Source of the DNA: Fervidobacterium sp.
GTDB taxonomy: Bacteria > Thermotogota > Thermotogae > Thermotogales > Fervidobacteriaceae
Reading direction: 5' to 3'
Assembly: GCA_049970055.1 (NCBI GenBank)
Contig: JBMFNR010000002.1
Coordinates: 1-52,306, forward strand
DNA length: 52,306 nucleotides
This document shows, piece after piece, positions 26,501-36,892 of this stretch. The notes under the pieces were generated by a model. It ran no database searches. It was not told the origin of the DNA and saw only the letters and a list, made by a program, of their open reading frames with translations. The position numbers and the translations under genes are program-made. Position 1 is the first letter of the stretch; each line of letters starts with the position of its first letter.

Positions 26501-27854
26501 CCCTTGGATAGAAGATTTTGCAGCTTATGATTTTTGGCTTAAGCCAGTTGGTTTGTTATACATTGGTAGTTTTTTAAAAGCTTTGGGTATCGACGTCGAA
26601 TTGATAGACTTGATGAACAGGTACGATCCGGAGTTATCGAAGTACACCAAGGTTCCGAAGGATAAATTTTACGGTACAGGAAAATTTCCCTACGTAGAAA
26701 TAGGAAAACCCGACATTATAAGTTTCGTACCGAGGAAGTACAAACGCTACGGAATGCCAGAAGAGTTATTTAGAGAAAAGATAAAAAGAACTATGCAAGA
26801 TGGAAAAATAGACGCTGTGTTTGTTACTTCAACTTTAACGTACTGGTATCCTGGGTACTTTGATACCATACGTATTTTGAAAGAACAAATAGATGCACCT
26901 ATAGTTTTTGGCGGATTTTTTGTAAGAAATCAACCACACATAGCTAAAAAAAGCGGCGCTTACATATTTACCAAAACGGATCTAAGATTTTTGCCAAAGT
27001 TCCTTAACGATTTGCTCGGTTGGAATTTGCCAGAGATCGAAAAGGATTGGTTTTTGGAATTTTCCCCTGCTTATGACCTTTATGAAAATGTAGGTTACGT
27101 TGTTTTATTAACAACACTTGGTTGTTCATACAAATGCACATATTGTATAGCACACAGAAATTGGGAAAAGATGCGTTTTAAAGATCCTATTAAAGTTATA
27201 GAGGAAATTGAATACTTTTCAGAGCTGTTGAGAATAAAAGATATAGTTTTCTTCGATGACGCAATACTGATACGATGGCAAAAACATTTAAAAGTTATAC
27301 TTTCAGAGATAATTAGAAGGAGATTAGATAAAAGTTTAAGATTTCACCTCCCAAACGGAATTCATGCAAAGCTTTTGAACCAAGAGATATCTGATCTACT
27401 TTTCGAAGCAAATTTTAAAACTATAAAGCTTGGATATGAAACATCTGGAAAGTTGCAGATTACAACGGGGGGAAAAGTTAGGGACGAAGACATTGTTAGA
27501 GCCGCTGAGATTTTGCGCAACTCTGGTTTTACAAGTAAAGAAGTAAGTGCTTATATAATGGTCAATTTACCCAACCAGAGCGAAGAAGATGTCAAAAACG
27601 CCGTAGATGTGTGTTTATCTGTAGGAATAGATTACTCGTTAAATGAATTCACTCCGATTGTTGGGACGGATATCTGGATCGACCTTGTCAACTCAGGCAA
27701 GCTCAAAGGAACGGAAGACCCATTATTATTAAACAACACAGTACTACCATATTGGTGGGATAATATGACTATTGATCAGATACAAAGATTAAAAGAATAT
27801 GCTCGAATAAAAAAGATGCAAACTCAAGCATACCAGCTAAACAAGATTGACTGA
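26472..27854 (+). CDS. B12-binding-domain radical SAM protein
   Basis: N-terminal ILLVNP…KPVGLLYI cobalamin-binding-like domain; GCSYKCTYC CxxxCxxC; FFDD, PNG, LGYET. Confidence 0.85.
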   Translation: MRKRRILLVNPWIEDFAAYDFWLKPVGLLYIGSFLKALGIDVELIDLMNRYDPELSKYTKVPKDKFYGTGKFPYVEIGKPDIISFVPRKYKRYGMPEELFREKIKRTMQDGKIDAVFVTSTLTYWYPGYFDTIRILKEQIDAPIVFGGFFVRNQPHIAKKSGAYIFTKTDLRFLPKFLNDLLGWNLPEIEKDWFLEFSPAYDLYENVGYVVLLTTLGCSYKCTYCIAHRNWEKMRFKDPIKVIEEIEYFSELLRIKDIVFFDDAILIRWQKHLKVILSEIIRRRLDKSLRFHLPNGIHAKLLNQEISDLLFEANFKTIKLGYETSGKLQITTGGKVRDEDIVRAAEILRNSGFTSKEVSAYIMVNLPNQSEEDVKNAVDVCLSVGIDYSLNEFTPIVGTDIWIDLVNSGKLKGTEDPLLLNNTVLPYWWDNMTIDQIQRLKEYARIKKMQTQAYQLNKID

Positions 27855-27912
27855 TTTTTACTAAATAATACTGAATAAAGCGAAAATGAGACGATTAAAA
27901 GGGGGATAGACT

Positions 27913-28527
27913 TTGAAAGTACTTTTGTTTTCCACGTTGAAAAACTTTTTATTAGGGTTTATAGCTTACTTACTCATAAGTATTCCAAAAGAAATTTTGA
28001 GAAACCTATTTACTCGCCTATCTACTTTTCGTAGCAAACAAAAGGTTGTGTTTCTAAAAAAAGCGGGTTTGTTTCGGTATATAGACCCAATCGGTCTCTT
28101 AACTTTTATGTTTTTTGACTTCGGTTGGACACATCAACCTGCCATCGATTACACCAAATCAAGGGGAAAAAGTCTGTTCTTTTACTCAATCTTTGGTGTA
28201 GGGACAAGTTTTCTACTATTTTTAATTTACGCCTCTTTATGTAAAATCACAAACAGTCCTGTCCTTTTCAATTTGTTTTACACATCTGCAAAGTGGAGCT
28301 TGACGTTAACTATCGTATCTTTATTTCCAATACCTCCTCTTGATGGTTCTAGGATGATATTAGCATTTCTCCCGAGTAAGTACTACGAATGGTATTTGAA
28401 GTTCAATTTTTATGGTATCATATTTATGCTAGGTTTGCTTATTTTGTGGATTCTCCCTATGATAATGCAACCTTTGAGTATATTTATCACAAATGTAACA
28501 AATTTTATCGTATTTTGCAACTGGTAA
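27913..28527 (+). CDS. Site-2 protease (M50)-like membrane protein lacking the HExxH motif
   Basis: YIDPIG…FGW and SLFPIPPLDGSR match the YwhC-type S2P; the HExxH position reads PKEILR. Confidence 0.7.
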   Translation: MKVLLFSTLKNFLLGFIAYLLISIPKEILRNLFTRLSTFRSKQKVVFLKKAGLFRYIDPIGLLTFMFFDFGWTHQPAIDYTKSRGKSLFFYSIFGVGTSFLLFLIYASLCKITNSPVLFNLFYTSAKWSLTLTIVSLFPIPPLDGSRMILAFLPSKYYEWYLKFNFYGIIFMLGLLILWILPMIMQPLSIFITNVTNFIVFCNW

Positions 28528-28548
28528 AACGCAAGGGGGCGTGTTATA

Positions 28549-28800
28549 ATGAACGATAAGGTTCGAGAACTTGAGCATCTTGTTGAAGGAATAATAACGA
28601 GCTATACAGAAATCAAAAATGAAAACGAGAGACTTTGGAATGAACTCAATCAAGCGATTGAGAAAATAAGTAGTTTAGAGAAAGAAAAGCAACATCTTGA
28701 AGAGATTCTTAGAAACAACGAAGAGATAATAAACAAACTTATCATCAGGGTTAAAGATCTGATGAGAATACTGGATGTGAGTGAACATGAAGAGGGTTAG
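28549..28800 (+). CDS. Short coiled-coil protein, ZapB-like
   Basis: 83 aa of heptad repeats (ELEHLVEGII…IKNENERLWNEL) immediately upstream of a zapA-like gene. Confidence 0.6.
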   Translation: MNDKVRELEHLVEGIITSYTEIKNENERLWNELNQAIEKISSLEKEKQHLEEILRNNEEIINKLIIRVKDLMRILDVSEHEEG

Positions 28801-29041
28801 GATAACTCTTTTCGGAAAGGACTATGAATTTTCAACGGATGGATCCGATGAGCTTGTAGAATATGTGTACAGGCGACTCAAGGAAATACAAATAAATTAT
28901 AAAACTCTTTACGAAGAAATTCCATTTGATGAACTACTTGTTCTTATGATCTGCGATTTACTAGAGCAAGAGTATAACTCGCAAAAGCAAATAGAGAACT
29001 TATTAAACAAAGTAAAGGAAAGGATCAAGATGGTGAAATGA
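28787..29041 (+). CDS. zapA: Cell division protein ZapA-like
   Basis: MKRVRITLFGKDYEFST…VEYVYRRLKEI…LLVLMICDL then coiled coil, the ZapA pattern. Confidence 0.7.
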   Translation: MKRVRITLFGKDYEFSTDGSDELVEYVYRRLKEIQINYKTLYEEIPFDELLVLMICDLLEQEYNSQKQIENLLNKVKERIKMVK

Positions 29042-29090
29042 TTTTCTGAAATGCTTTTCAATGAAAATTTGGAGGGTGAAAATAGAGTAT

Positions 29091-29921
29091 ATGGTTATAG
29101 GATTATTTGACTCAGGCGTTGGTGGTTTATCTGTCTTAAAAAAACTAATAGACACGCTTCCTGCTCATTACATCTACGTTGCTGATACCATGCGTGCACC
29201 GTACGGTACGAAATCACGTGAGACTATTGCTACATTCAGTCGTGAGATTATAGGTTTTCTAATGGAAAAGAGAGTTGAGAGAATATTTGCCGCTTGTAAT
29301 ACCTCAGATTCAACTCTTGCTCAATACCGCGGATATTTCAAAATCCCATACCACAGTATAATTCAAGCAGGTGTAAATGCATCAAAATACGAACGCGTTG
29401 CTGTGATTGGTACCCATACAACCGTTCAGAGTGGAATTTACAAATACGAACTCGAAGCTCGGGGGAAAAAAGTTGCTCAAAGACCAGCGCAGTTGTTTGT
29501 ATCTCTCGTAGAAGAAGGAATATTCTACGGTAATATGGTTGAAGCGATTGTAAAATTCTACCTCGAACCATTTAGAAGATTCAAACCCGATGAACTAATA
29601 TTGGGTTGCACACACTTCCCATTCCTCAAAGATATAATAGTGCGAGTTATGGAAAATGTGAGAATAATAGATCCTGCAGATGAACTAGTGAGAGAAATTT
29701 CGCATCTCACTGTTAACGGCAGACCTTTTGTGGAATTTTACGTCACTGGTAATCCCTATGAATTTGAAAAAAAATTAAAAAAGATAGGATTCAGGCACCC
29801 CTATCAAATGAAGCATCTTGACGTAACCGAATTGGAACAGAAGGTGGTTTATTTTGAAAGAGCTTGTGATATTGACAGGGCACTCGGGAGCGGGCAAATC
29901 GACAGCGGCAGGTCTACTTGA
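29091..29921 (+). CDS. murI: Glutamate racemase
   Basis: IGLFDSGVGGLSV, PYGTKS, ACNT, LGCTHFP (both catalytic Cys). Start uncertain (29061-29091). Confidence 0.93.
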   Translation: MVIGLFDSGVGGLSVLKKLIDTLPAHYIYVADTMRAPYGTKSRETIATFSREIIGFLMEKRVERIFAACNTSDSTLAQYRGYFKIPYHSIIQAGVNASKYERVAVIGTHTTVQSGIYKYELEARGKKVAQRPAQLFVSLVEEGIFYGNMVEAIVKFYLEPFRRFKPDELILGCTHFPFLKDIIVRVMENVRIIDPADELVREISHLTVNGRPFVEFYVTGNPYEFEKKLKKIGFRHPYQMKHLDVTELEQKVVYFERACDIDRALGSGQIDSGRST

Positions 29922-30702
29922 AGACCTGGGCTTTTTTTGTATAGATAATCTGCCACCGGAGGTTGTTTATCAAGTTGCGAGTATTCTTTCGTCGAAAATT
30001 GAAAAACTCGCTATAGTTCTCGATGTAAGAAGCTTCTTGTTTGGAGACATATTGTATGCGATAAAAAATGTTAAAGAAAGGTACCCTTTCACAAAGGTTA
30101 TTTTTCTCACCGCAACCAAGGATACTCTCGTTCAGAGATTCGCTCACACGCGACGTTCACACCCCCTTTCAAAACAAACCAGTTCGATATCGGAAGCAAT
30201 AGACTTAGAAATGGATCTATTGAAAGACATCACGGAAATCTCTGACTTGGTAATAGATACCTCGTTGCTAAATCCTCACCAATTGAGAGAAAAGCTTACA
30301 AAATTTCTCGAGGAAAAATCTGAGAAAACTTTTGTTATACACATAATAAGTTTTGGATTTAAATACGGTATCCCATTGGATGCAGATTTTGTTTTCGATG
30401 TTAGATTTTTCCCAAATCCGTTTTACATAGCTGAATTGCGTTCGAAAACCGGTCAAGATGAGGAAGTAAAAGAATTTCTCCGAAGCATAGATGGGGTGGA
30501 TGAGTATTTAAAAAAAATGTACGAAATATTAAAAATATCTATATCAAGGTACGATCTCGAAGGTCGAAAAGAGATCACCGTTGCTATTGGTTGTACTGGT
30601 GGAAGGCATAGATCCGTCTATTTTGCACAAGAACTCGCAAATCTTTTCCAAAGTGAGAATTACAACACTACAATTGATCATAGGGATGTTGATCTTGGAT
30701 GA
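29854..30702 (+). CDS. rapZ: RNase adapter / P-loop protein RapZ (YvcJ)
   Basis: TGHSGAGKS, LEDLGFFCIDNLP, TRRSHPL, SFGFKYG, DVRFFPNP, GCTGGRHRSV. Confidence 0.93.
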   Translation: MKELVILTGHSGAGKSTAAGLLEDLGFFCIDNLPPEVVYQVASILSSKIEKLAIVLDVRSFLFGDILYAIKNVKERYPFTKVIFLTATKDTLVQRFAHTRRSHPLSKQTSSISEAIDLEMDLLKDITEISDLVIDTSLLNPHQLREKLTKFLEEKSEKTFVIHIISFGFKYGIPLDADFVFDVRFFPNPFYIAELRSKTGQDEEVKEFLRSIDGVDEYLKKMYEILKISISRYDLEGRKEITVAIGCTGGRHRSVYFAQELANLFQSENYNTTIDHRDVDLG

Positions 30703-31649
30703 AGATTACTGTTGTTGGTGGTGGAACAGGTCTTTCAACACTGCTAAGAGGGCTGAAAAAATACCCATGGGATATAACCGCAGTAGTAACCATAACAGAC
30801 GAAGGTGGCAGCTCTGGAATACTACGTGAAGAGCTAAATGTACCTCCTCCGGGTGACATTAGAAATAATCTTGTTGCGTTAGCTAACGATGAAAATATAT
30901 TAAGTGAATTATTTAATTACAGATTCAGTAATGGTACTTTAAACGGTCATACAGTTGGTAACATTATACTTGCCGCTCTTACAAAGTTAACGGGAAGTTT
31001 TACTGAAGCCGTTACCAAGGCTTCTGATATCTTAGCTATAAAAGGGCGTGTTCTAGCCGTGTCCGGTGAAATGGCGCGTTTAGTGGCTATTTTTAACGAT
31101 GAGAACACAATATGTGGCGAAACCAACATTGTGGAGTACGGCAAGAAAACAAAAAGAAGAATTGCCCAGTTAAAGCTTGACAGGAAAATCTTAGTACACC
31201 CCAATGTGTTTGAAGCTATAGTAGAAAGTGACTTAATAGTCTTTGGACCGGGGAGCCTTTACACAAGTGTTATCGCAAACTTCATAGTCGATGGTTTTAA
31301 AAAAGCTCTTAGATCCTCAAAGGCAATTAAAATTTACATATCAAACATAATGACACAACCGGGGGAAACTTACAATTATACACTCAGCGAACATATATCA
31401 GAGATTGAGAGATACTCAGAAATTACTCTTGATTACATTGTGCACTCTTTTCCACCTTCTTCAGCAGAAGTTCTTGAAAAATATAGACAGAGAGATTCTA
31501 TACCTGTCTTGGTGGATGTAAATGATGAAAGACTAATTGTTGGTCATTTTTCAAAAATTCTATTTGAATCGGAACCGAGGATACGTCATGATTCTGTTTT
31601 GATTGCTAATGCACTGTACAAAATAGCTACGAAAAGCTTTTACATGTAA
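30699..31649 (+). CDS. yvcK: YvcK/GlmR (UPF0052) family protein
   Basis: GGGTGLS, DEGGSSG, PPGDIRN, GHTVGN, GPGSLYTS, NIMTQPGET, RHD. Confidence 0.92.
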   Translation: MKITVVGGGTGLSTLLRGLKKYPWDITAVVTITDEGGSSGILREELNVPPPGDIRNNLVALANDENILSELFNYRFSNGTLNGHTVGNIILAALTKLTGSFTEAVTKASDILAIKGRVLAVSGEMARLVAIFNDENTICGETNIVEYGKKTKRRIAQLKLDRKILVHPNVFEAIVESDLIVFGPGSLYTSVIANFIVDGFKKALRSSKAIKIYISNIMTQPGETYNYTLSEHISEIERYSEITLDYIVHSFPPSSAEVLEKYRQRDSIPVLVDVNDERLIVGHFSKILFESEPRIRHDSVLIANALYKIATKSFYM

Positions 31650-31684
31650 ATCCATTTAATCGAAAAGGTCTTTGAGGTGTCGAT

Positions 31685-32596
31685 GTGAGATACACATTCT
31701 CAGAAGAAGTAAAAGGTGAACTATGTCAAGCTGAAATACTAAGTAATGAAGAGGCACAGGCTGAATTAACAGGTTACTTGAAAGGTAAAGGTGTGCTTGT
31801 TAAAAGTTCGGTTGACGTCTATATACTTCTTGAAGTTGGATTTATACCAGCCGCAAGGCGAATAATGACACTTATGCACAAACTTGGTGTAGATAAGAAA
31901 AAATTGACACTCCTTAAAAGTAAATTGCAAAGGAAAAGGGTACAAATATTCATTCCTATTAGTATACTTGAAAAACTAAACGTTTCCATATTGGAAGTGC
32001 CAGATATAATCCAAGAGGATATAGGACTTTTTGGTGCATTTTTGCGAGGCCTTTTCGTTTCGACTGGTTCAGTTACAGACCCATCAAGGCATTATCATTT
32101 GGAATTTGTTTTGTATAACGAATCTCTGCTAAGGTACGTTGACAAATTGCTTGAGAAGATGCTTGGTATATCTGGAAAAATTTCGAAAATGAATTATAAT
32201 TATAGGTACTATATTAAACGCGGTAGGGATATCCAAGAAATACTTGAACTAATGGGAGCTACAAGAGGTGTAGCACATTTCGAAAAGATATTAACGTCGA
32301 GGGAAATAAAGGGCGATATCAATCGTTCGTTGAATTTTTTATCTGCCAACGCCAAAAGAACAGGTGAAAGCAACGCAAAACAAATAGATGCGATTAATTT
32401 CATAAAACAAACGGTTGGATTAGATGCTCTACCCAATGATTTAAAAGAACTTGCAAAATTAAGGCTTGAGAACGAAGACCTGTCACTCACTGAAATTGGA
32501 GAACTATTCGATCCACCATTAACAAAGAGTATGGTGTATAATAGGATAAAGAAAATAATGGAATTTGCGGAAAGATTGAAAAATAATGAAGAGTGA
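31685..32596 (+). CDS. whiA: DNA-binding protein WhiA
   Basis: FSEEVKGEL, FLRGLFVSTGSVTDP…YHLEF, NRSLNF…AN, LSLTEIG…TKSMVYNR; conserved rapZ-yvcK-whiA order. Confidence 0.92.
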   Translation: MRYTFSEEVKGELCQAEILSNEEAQAELTGYLKGKGVLVKSSVDVYILLEVGFIPAARRIMTLMHKLGVDKKKLTLLKSKLQRKRVQIFIPISILEKLNVSILEVPDIIQEDIGLFGAFLRGLFVSTGSVTDPSRHYHLEFVLYNESLLRYVDKLLEKMLGISGKISKMNYNYRYYIKRGRDIQEILELMGATRGVAHFEKILTSREIKGDINRSLNFLSANAKRTGESNAKQIDAINFIKQTVGLDALPNDLKELAKLRLENEDLSLTEIGELFDPPLTKSMVYNRIKKIMEFAERLKNNEE

Positions 32597-32636
32597 ATTT
32601 GACAGAGGAAGGTGGATTAATTTTGGAGGGATATAA

Positions 32637-33098
32637 ATGCGTTGCCCATTTTGTGGATATGAAGATACAAGGGTTCTCGATTCAAGGGAATTAAGTGAAG
32701 GTAGAGCAATAAGAAGAAGAAGAGAATGTCCCCAATGCCATGCAAGATTTACAACTTACGAAAGGTATGAAACAGGCCCCATCACTGTTATAAAAAAAGA
32801 CGGTAGAAGGGAAAAATTTGACAGACGAAAGATCTTGAACGGTTTATTGAAGGCTTTTGAAAAAAGACCCGCAACTATGGATGATATAGAAAGAATTGTA
32901 GATAACGTTGTTTCTCAATTACAAAAAAGTGGCTCCCTTGAAGTTCCAAGCGAATTAATTGGAAAATTAGTCATGGACGAGTTAAAAAAAGCGGACCAAG
33001 TTGCTTACGTCAGATTTGCTTCTGTTTATAAAGATTTCAGAGAGATCGATCAATTTATTGAAGTCATAAAGGAATTAAGAAATGATGGTCAAATTTGA
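32637..33098 (+). CDS. nrdR: Transcriptional repressor NrdR
   Basis: MRCPFCG…DSR…RRRRECPQC…RFTTYE, ATP-cone, [12 protein letters not shown]. Confidence 0.96.
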   Translation: MRCPFCGYEDTRVLDSRELSEGRAIRRRRECPQCHARFTTYERYETGPITVIKKDGRREKFDRRKILNGLLKAFEKRPATMDDIERIVDNVVSQLQKSGSLEVPSELIGKLVMDELKKADQVAYVRFASVYKDFREIDQFIEVIKELRNDGQI

Positions 33099-33131
33099 AA
33101 ATATACTTATGTAGGTCAGGAGGGATCCTTG

Positions 33132-33602
33132 ATGGAAAAAGTGAAACTCACAAAGGAAGGTTACGAACGTTTAAAACAAGAACTCGACGAACTAAAACGC
33201 CAGCTTATGTTTGAAATTCCTGAGAGGATAAAAGCTGCAAGAGAACTTGGAGATCTATCTGAAAACTCAGAATACCAAGAAGCGAAAAATGAGCAAGGAA
33301 GAATTGCCTCAAGGATAAATGAGCTTGAACAGATGCTTATGAATGCAGAAATTATTTCAGGAAACTTCGATTCTTCAACCGTTAACCTTGGTGATTGGGT
33401 GCTCCTTAAAAACTTGGACACGGGCGAAGAAATGAAAATACAGATCGTTAATCCACAAGAATCGGATATATTTGCAAATAAAATAAGCATAGATTCTCCA
33501 CTTGGAAGAAGTATCAATGGTGCAAAGAAAGGTCAAACGGTAAAGATAAAAGCACCAAAAGGTGTAGTAAAATATCAGATACTAGAGATTGGAACAAAGT
33601 GA
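33132..33602 (+). CDS. greA: Transcription elongation factor GreA
   Basis: [30 protein letters not shown]. Confidence 0.96.
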   Translation: MEKVKLTKEGYERLKQELDELKRQLMFEIPERIKAARELGDLSENSEYQEAKNEQGRIASRINELEQMLMNAEIISGNFDSSTVNLGDWVLLKNLDTGEEMKIQIVNPQESDIFANKISIDSPLGRSINGAKKGQTVKIKAPKGVVKYQILEIGTK

Positions 33603-33615
33603 AGGAGGGAATACT

Positions 33616-35145
33616 TTGATTAAAGACTTTAGAGAATCGAGGATCAAAGAAATAGAGGAATTAAGAAAACTTGGTGTAAATCCTTACCCCTATTCATATA
33701 AGAAGACACATACAACCGAAGATATTAAAAAGCAGTTCGAAAATCTTTCCAATGGAGAGGTAACTGATAAAAGAGTATCAATTGCTGGAAGGGTAATGTC
33801 GATAAGAGAACATGGGAAGAGTGCCTTTTTCCATATAAAAGACACATATGGAAGAATTCAGGCTTACGTCAGAAAAGATAAAACAGAAAACTATGATTTC
33901 TTCAAAAACTACATCACTATTGGCGATGTAATCGGTGTTGAAGGCATTGTATTTAAAAGTAATACAGGAGAAATCACGATATTAGTTGAGAAGTTTGAGC
34001 TGCTCGTTAAACCTTTAAGGCCTATGCCTGAAAAGTGGCATGGTATAAAGGATAAGGAGATACTTTATAGACAAAGATATGTTGACATGATTGCAAATGA
34101 TGAAACAATTAAAAGATTTAGAATTCGGTCTGATATAATAAGGATGATAAGAGAATTTCTCCACAACAAAGGCTTCTACGAGGTTGAAACTCCAATATTA
34201 CAGTACTTAACTGGTGGTGCATCCGCGAGACCATTTATCACGCATCTCAACGCACTTGACATTGATATGTACCTTAGAATAGCCACAGAACTTCACCTTA
34301 AAAGGTTCATCGTTGGTGGGTTTGATAAAGTTTACGAAATTGGAAAGATCTTTAGAAACGAGGGAATATCTTATAAGCACCACCCGGAGTTCACATCGAT
34401 CGAACTTTACCAAGCTTACGCTGACTACGAGGATATGATGAACTTAACTGAGGAACTTATAACACACCTTGTGGAGCAGATCTTTGGCACAACAAAAATA
34501 ATTTATCAGGGACAAGAAATTGATTTCGCAAGACCTTGGAAGAGAGTGAAAATGAGAGATTTCATTAAAGAAAATCTCGGTGTTGATATACTCGAAGATA
34601 GCGATGAAACACTTTTGAAAGTTCTGGAAAAACATGGCGTCGAAGTTGATATTAATGATAGAGGCCATATGATAGAAAAGCTTTGGGACCTTGTTGAAGA
34701 TAAAGTTGTTCAGCCAACATTCTTACTTGAACACCCAGTCGAAATTTCACCACTTGCGAAAAAACACAGAGAAGATCCACGCGTAACTGAAAGATTTGAA
34801 CTTATCATCTATGGCAGAGAGATGGCGAATGCATTTAGTGAGCTTAACGATCCAATTGATCAACTTGAAAGATTTATGAATCAACTCAGGTTAAGGGATC
34901 TTGGTGATGAGGAAGCTCAGATGCTCGACAGAGATTTCATAAGAGCACTTGAATATGGAATGCCACCAACAGGTGGACTTGGGATTGGAATCGATAGATT
35001 AGTTATGCTTTTAACGGATAGTGCGAACATAAGAGATGTAATAGCGTTCCCACTTGTGAGACCTGAAGGTGATGTTGATATTGAAGACTACACAGATGAA
35101 GAAAAATCTGAAGTTACAGAAGAAGAGAGGGGAGATAGAGCATGA
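33616..35145 (+). CDS. lysS: Lysine--tRNA ligase (class II)
   Basis: [33 protein letters not shown]…[35 protein letters not shown] favours TTG 33616. Confidence 0.97.
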   Translation: MIKDFRESRIKEIEELRKLGVNPYPYSYKKTHTTEDIKKQFENLSNGEVTDKRVSIAGRVMSIREHGKSAFFHIKDTYGRIQAYVRKDKTENYDFFKNYITIGDVIGVEGIVFKSNTGEITILVEKFELLVKPLRPMPEKWHGIKDKEILYRQRYVDMIANDETIKRFRIRSDIIRMIREFLHNKGFYEVETPILQYLTGGASARPFITHLNALDIDMYLRIATELHLKRFIVGGFDKVYEIGKIFRNEGISYKHHPEFTSIELYQAYADYEDMMNLTEELITHLVEQIFGTTKIIYQGQEIDFARPWKRVKMRDFIKENLGVDILEDSDETLLKVLEKHGVEVDINDRGHMIEKLWDLVEDKVVQPTFLLEHPVEISPLAKKHREDPRVTERFELIIYGREMANAFSELNDPIDQLERFMNQLRLRDLGDEEAQMLDRDFIRALEYGMPPTGGLGIGIDRLVMLLTDSANIRDVIAFPLVRPEGDVDIEDYTDEEKSEVTEEERGDRA

Positions 35146-36830
35146 GTAAAGAAAGTAAAGATGTAAAGGTAAGAAAAACTATCAAAAAGTGGCAAGAGAT
35201 ATTTATCTGGGTCGTTGCTATAGCATTTGTTGCAGGTATCGCTCTTTGGGCCCTTGCTGTCAACTATTCACCAGCGACAAAGAAGGTTAAGAGAACTATC
35301 GAAGAGACAGTTGGTTATGTAACAATCAACAACGAACCATTAAAAGATGAAGCTTATTGGGTATTCCCTGAAGAAATTGAGCAAAAATACGGTGATTTGC
35401 TATCATCATACGGTAATCCGCAATTAGATCCTGTTGTTGAAGAACCTTACGTAAAAACACTTATCGCCGTGGATTTTCTTAATAATAAAACGATGCTTTA
35501 TTACGCAAAAGTCAACAATATAAAAACCGATAAGAAAGCGTTAGACGAAGCAGTCAAAAGTGAAATGGACAACGTGAAAAAAGATCAGACAAAATCAAAA
35601 CAAATTAAACTGCAGTATGGAAGTTTAACTAACTACGAAAAACAATTCAAAGCCAAAAAAGAAGAAGAATTAGTTATCCAAGCTGTGAAAGATAAGTTAG
35701 GAGCGGTAAGCGAAGATGAGATAAAAAAATACTACAACGAAAACAAAAATGATATTGTCTCCAAATACACAAAAGCAGAAGTAGAATATGCAACGTTCAA
35801 TTCAAAGGAAGAAATGGATAAATTTATCAGCCTTGCAGCAAAAGATGGTTTAACCAAAGCAGCCTCTGAACTTTCAGTATCTCTCACGCCTTATACACTA
35901 AAAAAAGGGACATTCCCTGAAGAATTAGAAAAAGAAATTTTCGATGCAACATCAACTCTTGTCTCTTTACCATACAATAACAGCTTTTTCGTATTCAACA
36001 TAAAGAGTGTTCAAAAAGTGGACACTTATGAAAATTTTGTGAAATCAGATGGATACACAGAAGTAAGAAATGAGCTTGTGAACAAAAAGTTCGCAGACAA
36101 TTTCAAAAAGTGGAAAGACGAAAACAAAGTCTCGTTTGAGTTGAGAGATCCCGTTTACAATGCATGGTATAAGTCACTTACCAGCGAAGAAAAAGACCTT
36201 GTGAATGTTTACAAAAAGCTCTATGAAGAATTTTTCAATGACAAAGGTGAAGTAAGAACAGATATTCCAGTTGAGCAAAAGGCTGCGTTCTTAGTTGTCG
36301 CAGACAGGATCGTTGCAAGTACAAATACTGCACTTGAAAAGGTAAAAGATGATGTAAAAGAATTTGAAAAGAAAATTGTTGAATCGATATATGAGGCAAC
36401 AAAAGGTTCCTCTCAGGAAATACTTAGAAGGATGAAAGAGTACAATCCAAACAATAAACAAATCGCATTTGACTACTATTCAAAACTCTACGATCAGGTC
36501 AAACCATACCTCTCGGTTGGCGGAGCATATTACGTAATGAACCAACTTTTTGAGGTTTACCAAGGTTTTGCTAATATTGCAGAGTCGACATCAACAGATA
36601 TTAAACTAAGAGCAGATTCCTATTACAAACTTTACGACCTGAACAAATCACTTGATGATCCAAAAACTGCAAAACAATACCTTCAAAAGCTCAAAGAATT
36701 GAAACCAGACTATAGCTTGGACTTTGACAAAGCCGAAAAGGAACTCGACGAAATGATCGCGGCCGCTTCAAATACTGCAAATACGCAGAGTGCTACGGCT
36801 ACGACGAATTCAACAAGTACAACTAAATAA
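35142..36830 (+). CDS. Membrane-anchored SurA/PrsA/PpiD-like foldase with C-terminal helical (TPR-like) region
   Basis: [13 protein letters not shown] anchor, [14 protein letters not shown], degenerate parvulin-like segment ([12 protein letters not shown]), S/T-rich tail. Confidence 0.6.
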   Translation: MSKESKDVKVRKTIKKWQEIFIWVVAIAFVAGIALWALAVNYSPATKKVKRTIEETVGYVTINNEPLKDEAYWVFPEEIEQKYGDLLSSYGNPQLDPVVEEPYVKTLIAVDFLNNKTMLYYAKVNNIKTDKKALDEAVKSEMDNVKKDQTKSKQIKLQYGSLTNYEKQFKAKKEEELVIQAVKDKLGAVSEDEIKKYYNENKNDIVSKYTKAEVEYATFNSKEEMDKFISLAAKDGLTKAASELSVSLTPYTLKKGTFPEELEKEIFDATSTLVSLPYNNSFFVFNIKSVQKVDTYENFVKSDGYTEVRNELVNKKFADNFKKWKDENKVSFELRDPVYNAWYKSLTSEEKDLVNVYKKLYEEFFNDKGEVRTDIPVEQKAAFLVVADRIVASTNTALEKVKDDVKEFEKKIVESIYEATKGSSQEILRRMKEYNPNNKQIAFDYYSKLYDQVKPYLSVGGAYYVMNQLFEVYQGFANIAESTSTDIKLRADSYYKLYDLNKSLDDPKTAKQYLQKLKELKPDYSLDFDKAEKELDEMIAAASNTANTQSATATTNSTSTTK

Positions 36831-36840
36831 TATAATCACA

Positions 36841-36869
36841 TAAGCCCCCGCCATGGAGTGCGGGGGTTA
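36841..36869 (+). terminator. Intercistronic hairpin
   Basis: agcccccgc-catggagt-gcgggggtt followed by AT-rich sequence. Confidence 0.55.
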
Positions 36870-36892
36870 ATTTAAATATGGAGGTGTTTTTC

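Noticed and set aside
31685..32596. LAGLIDADG-like motif (FLRGLF…GSV) suggesting a homing endonuclease
   Set aside because: This is the domesticated LAGLIDADG fold of WhiA in its normal gene context.
36760..36830. Ser/Thr/Ala-rich tail as a separate repeat feature
   Set aside because: Low-complexity protein tail with no nucleotide periodicity.
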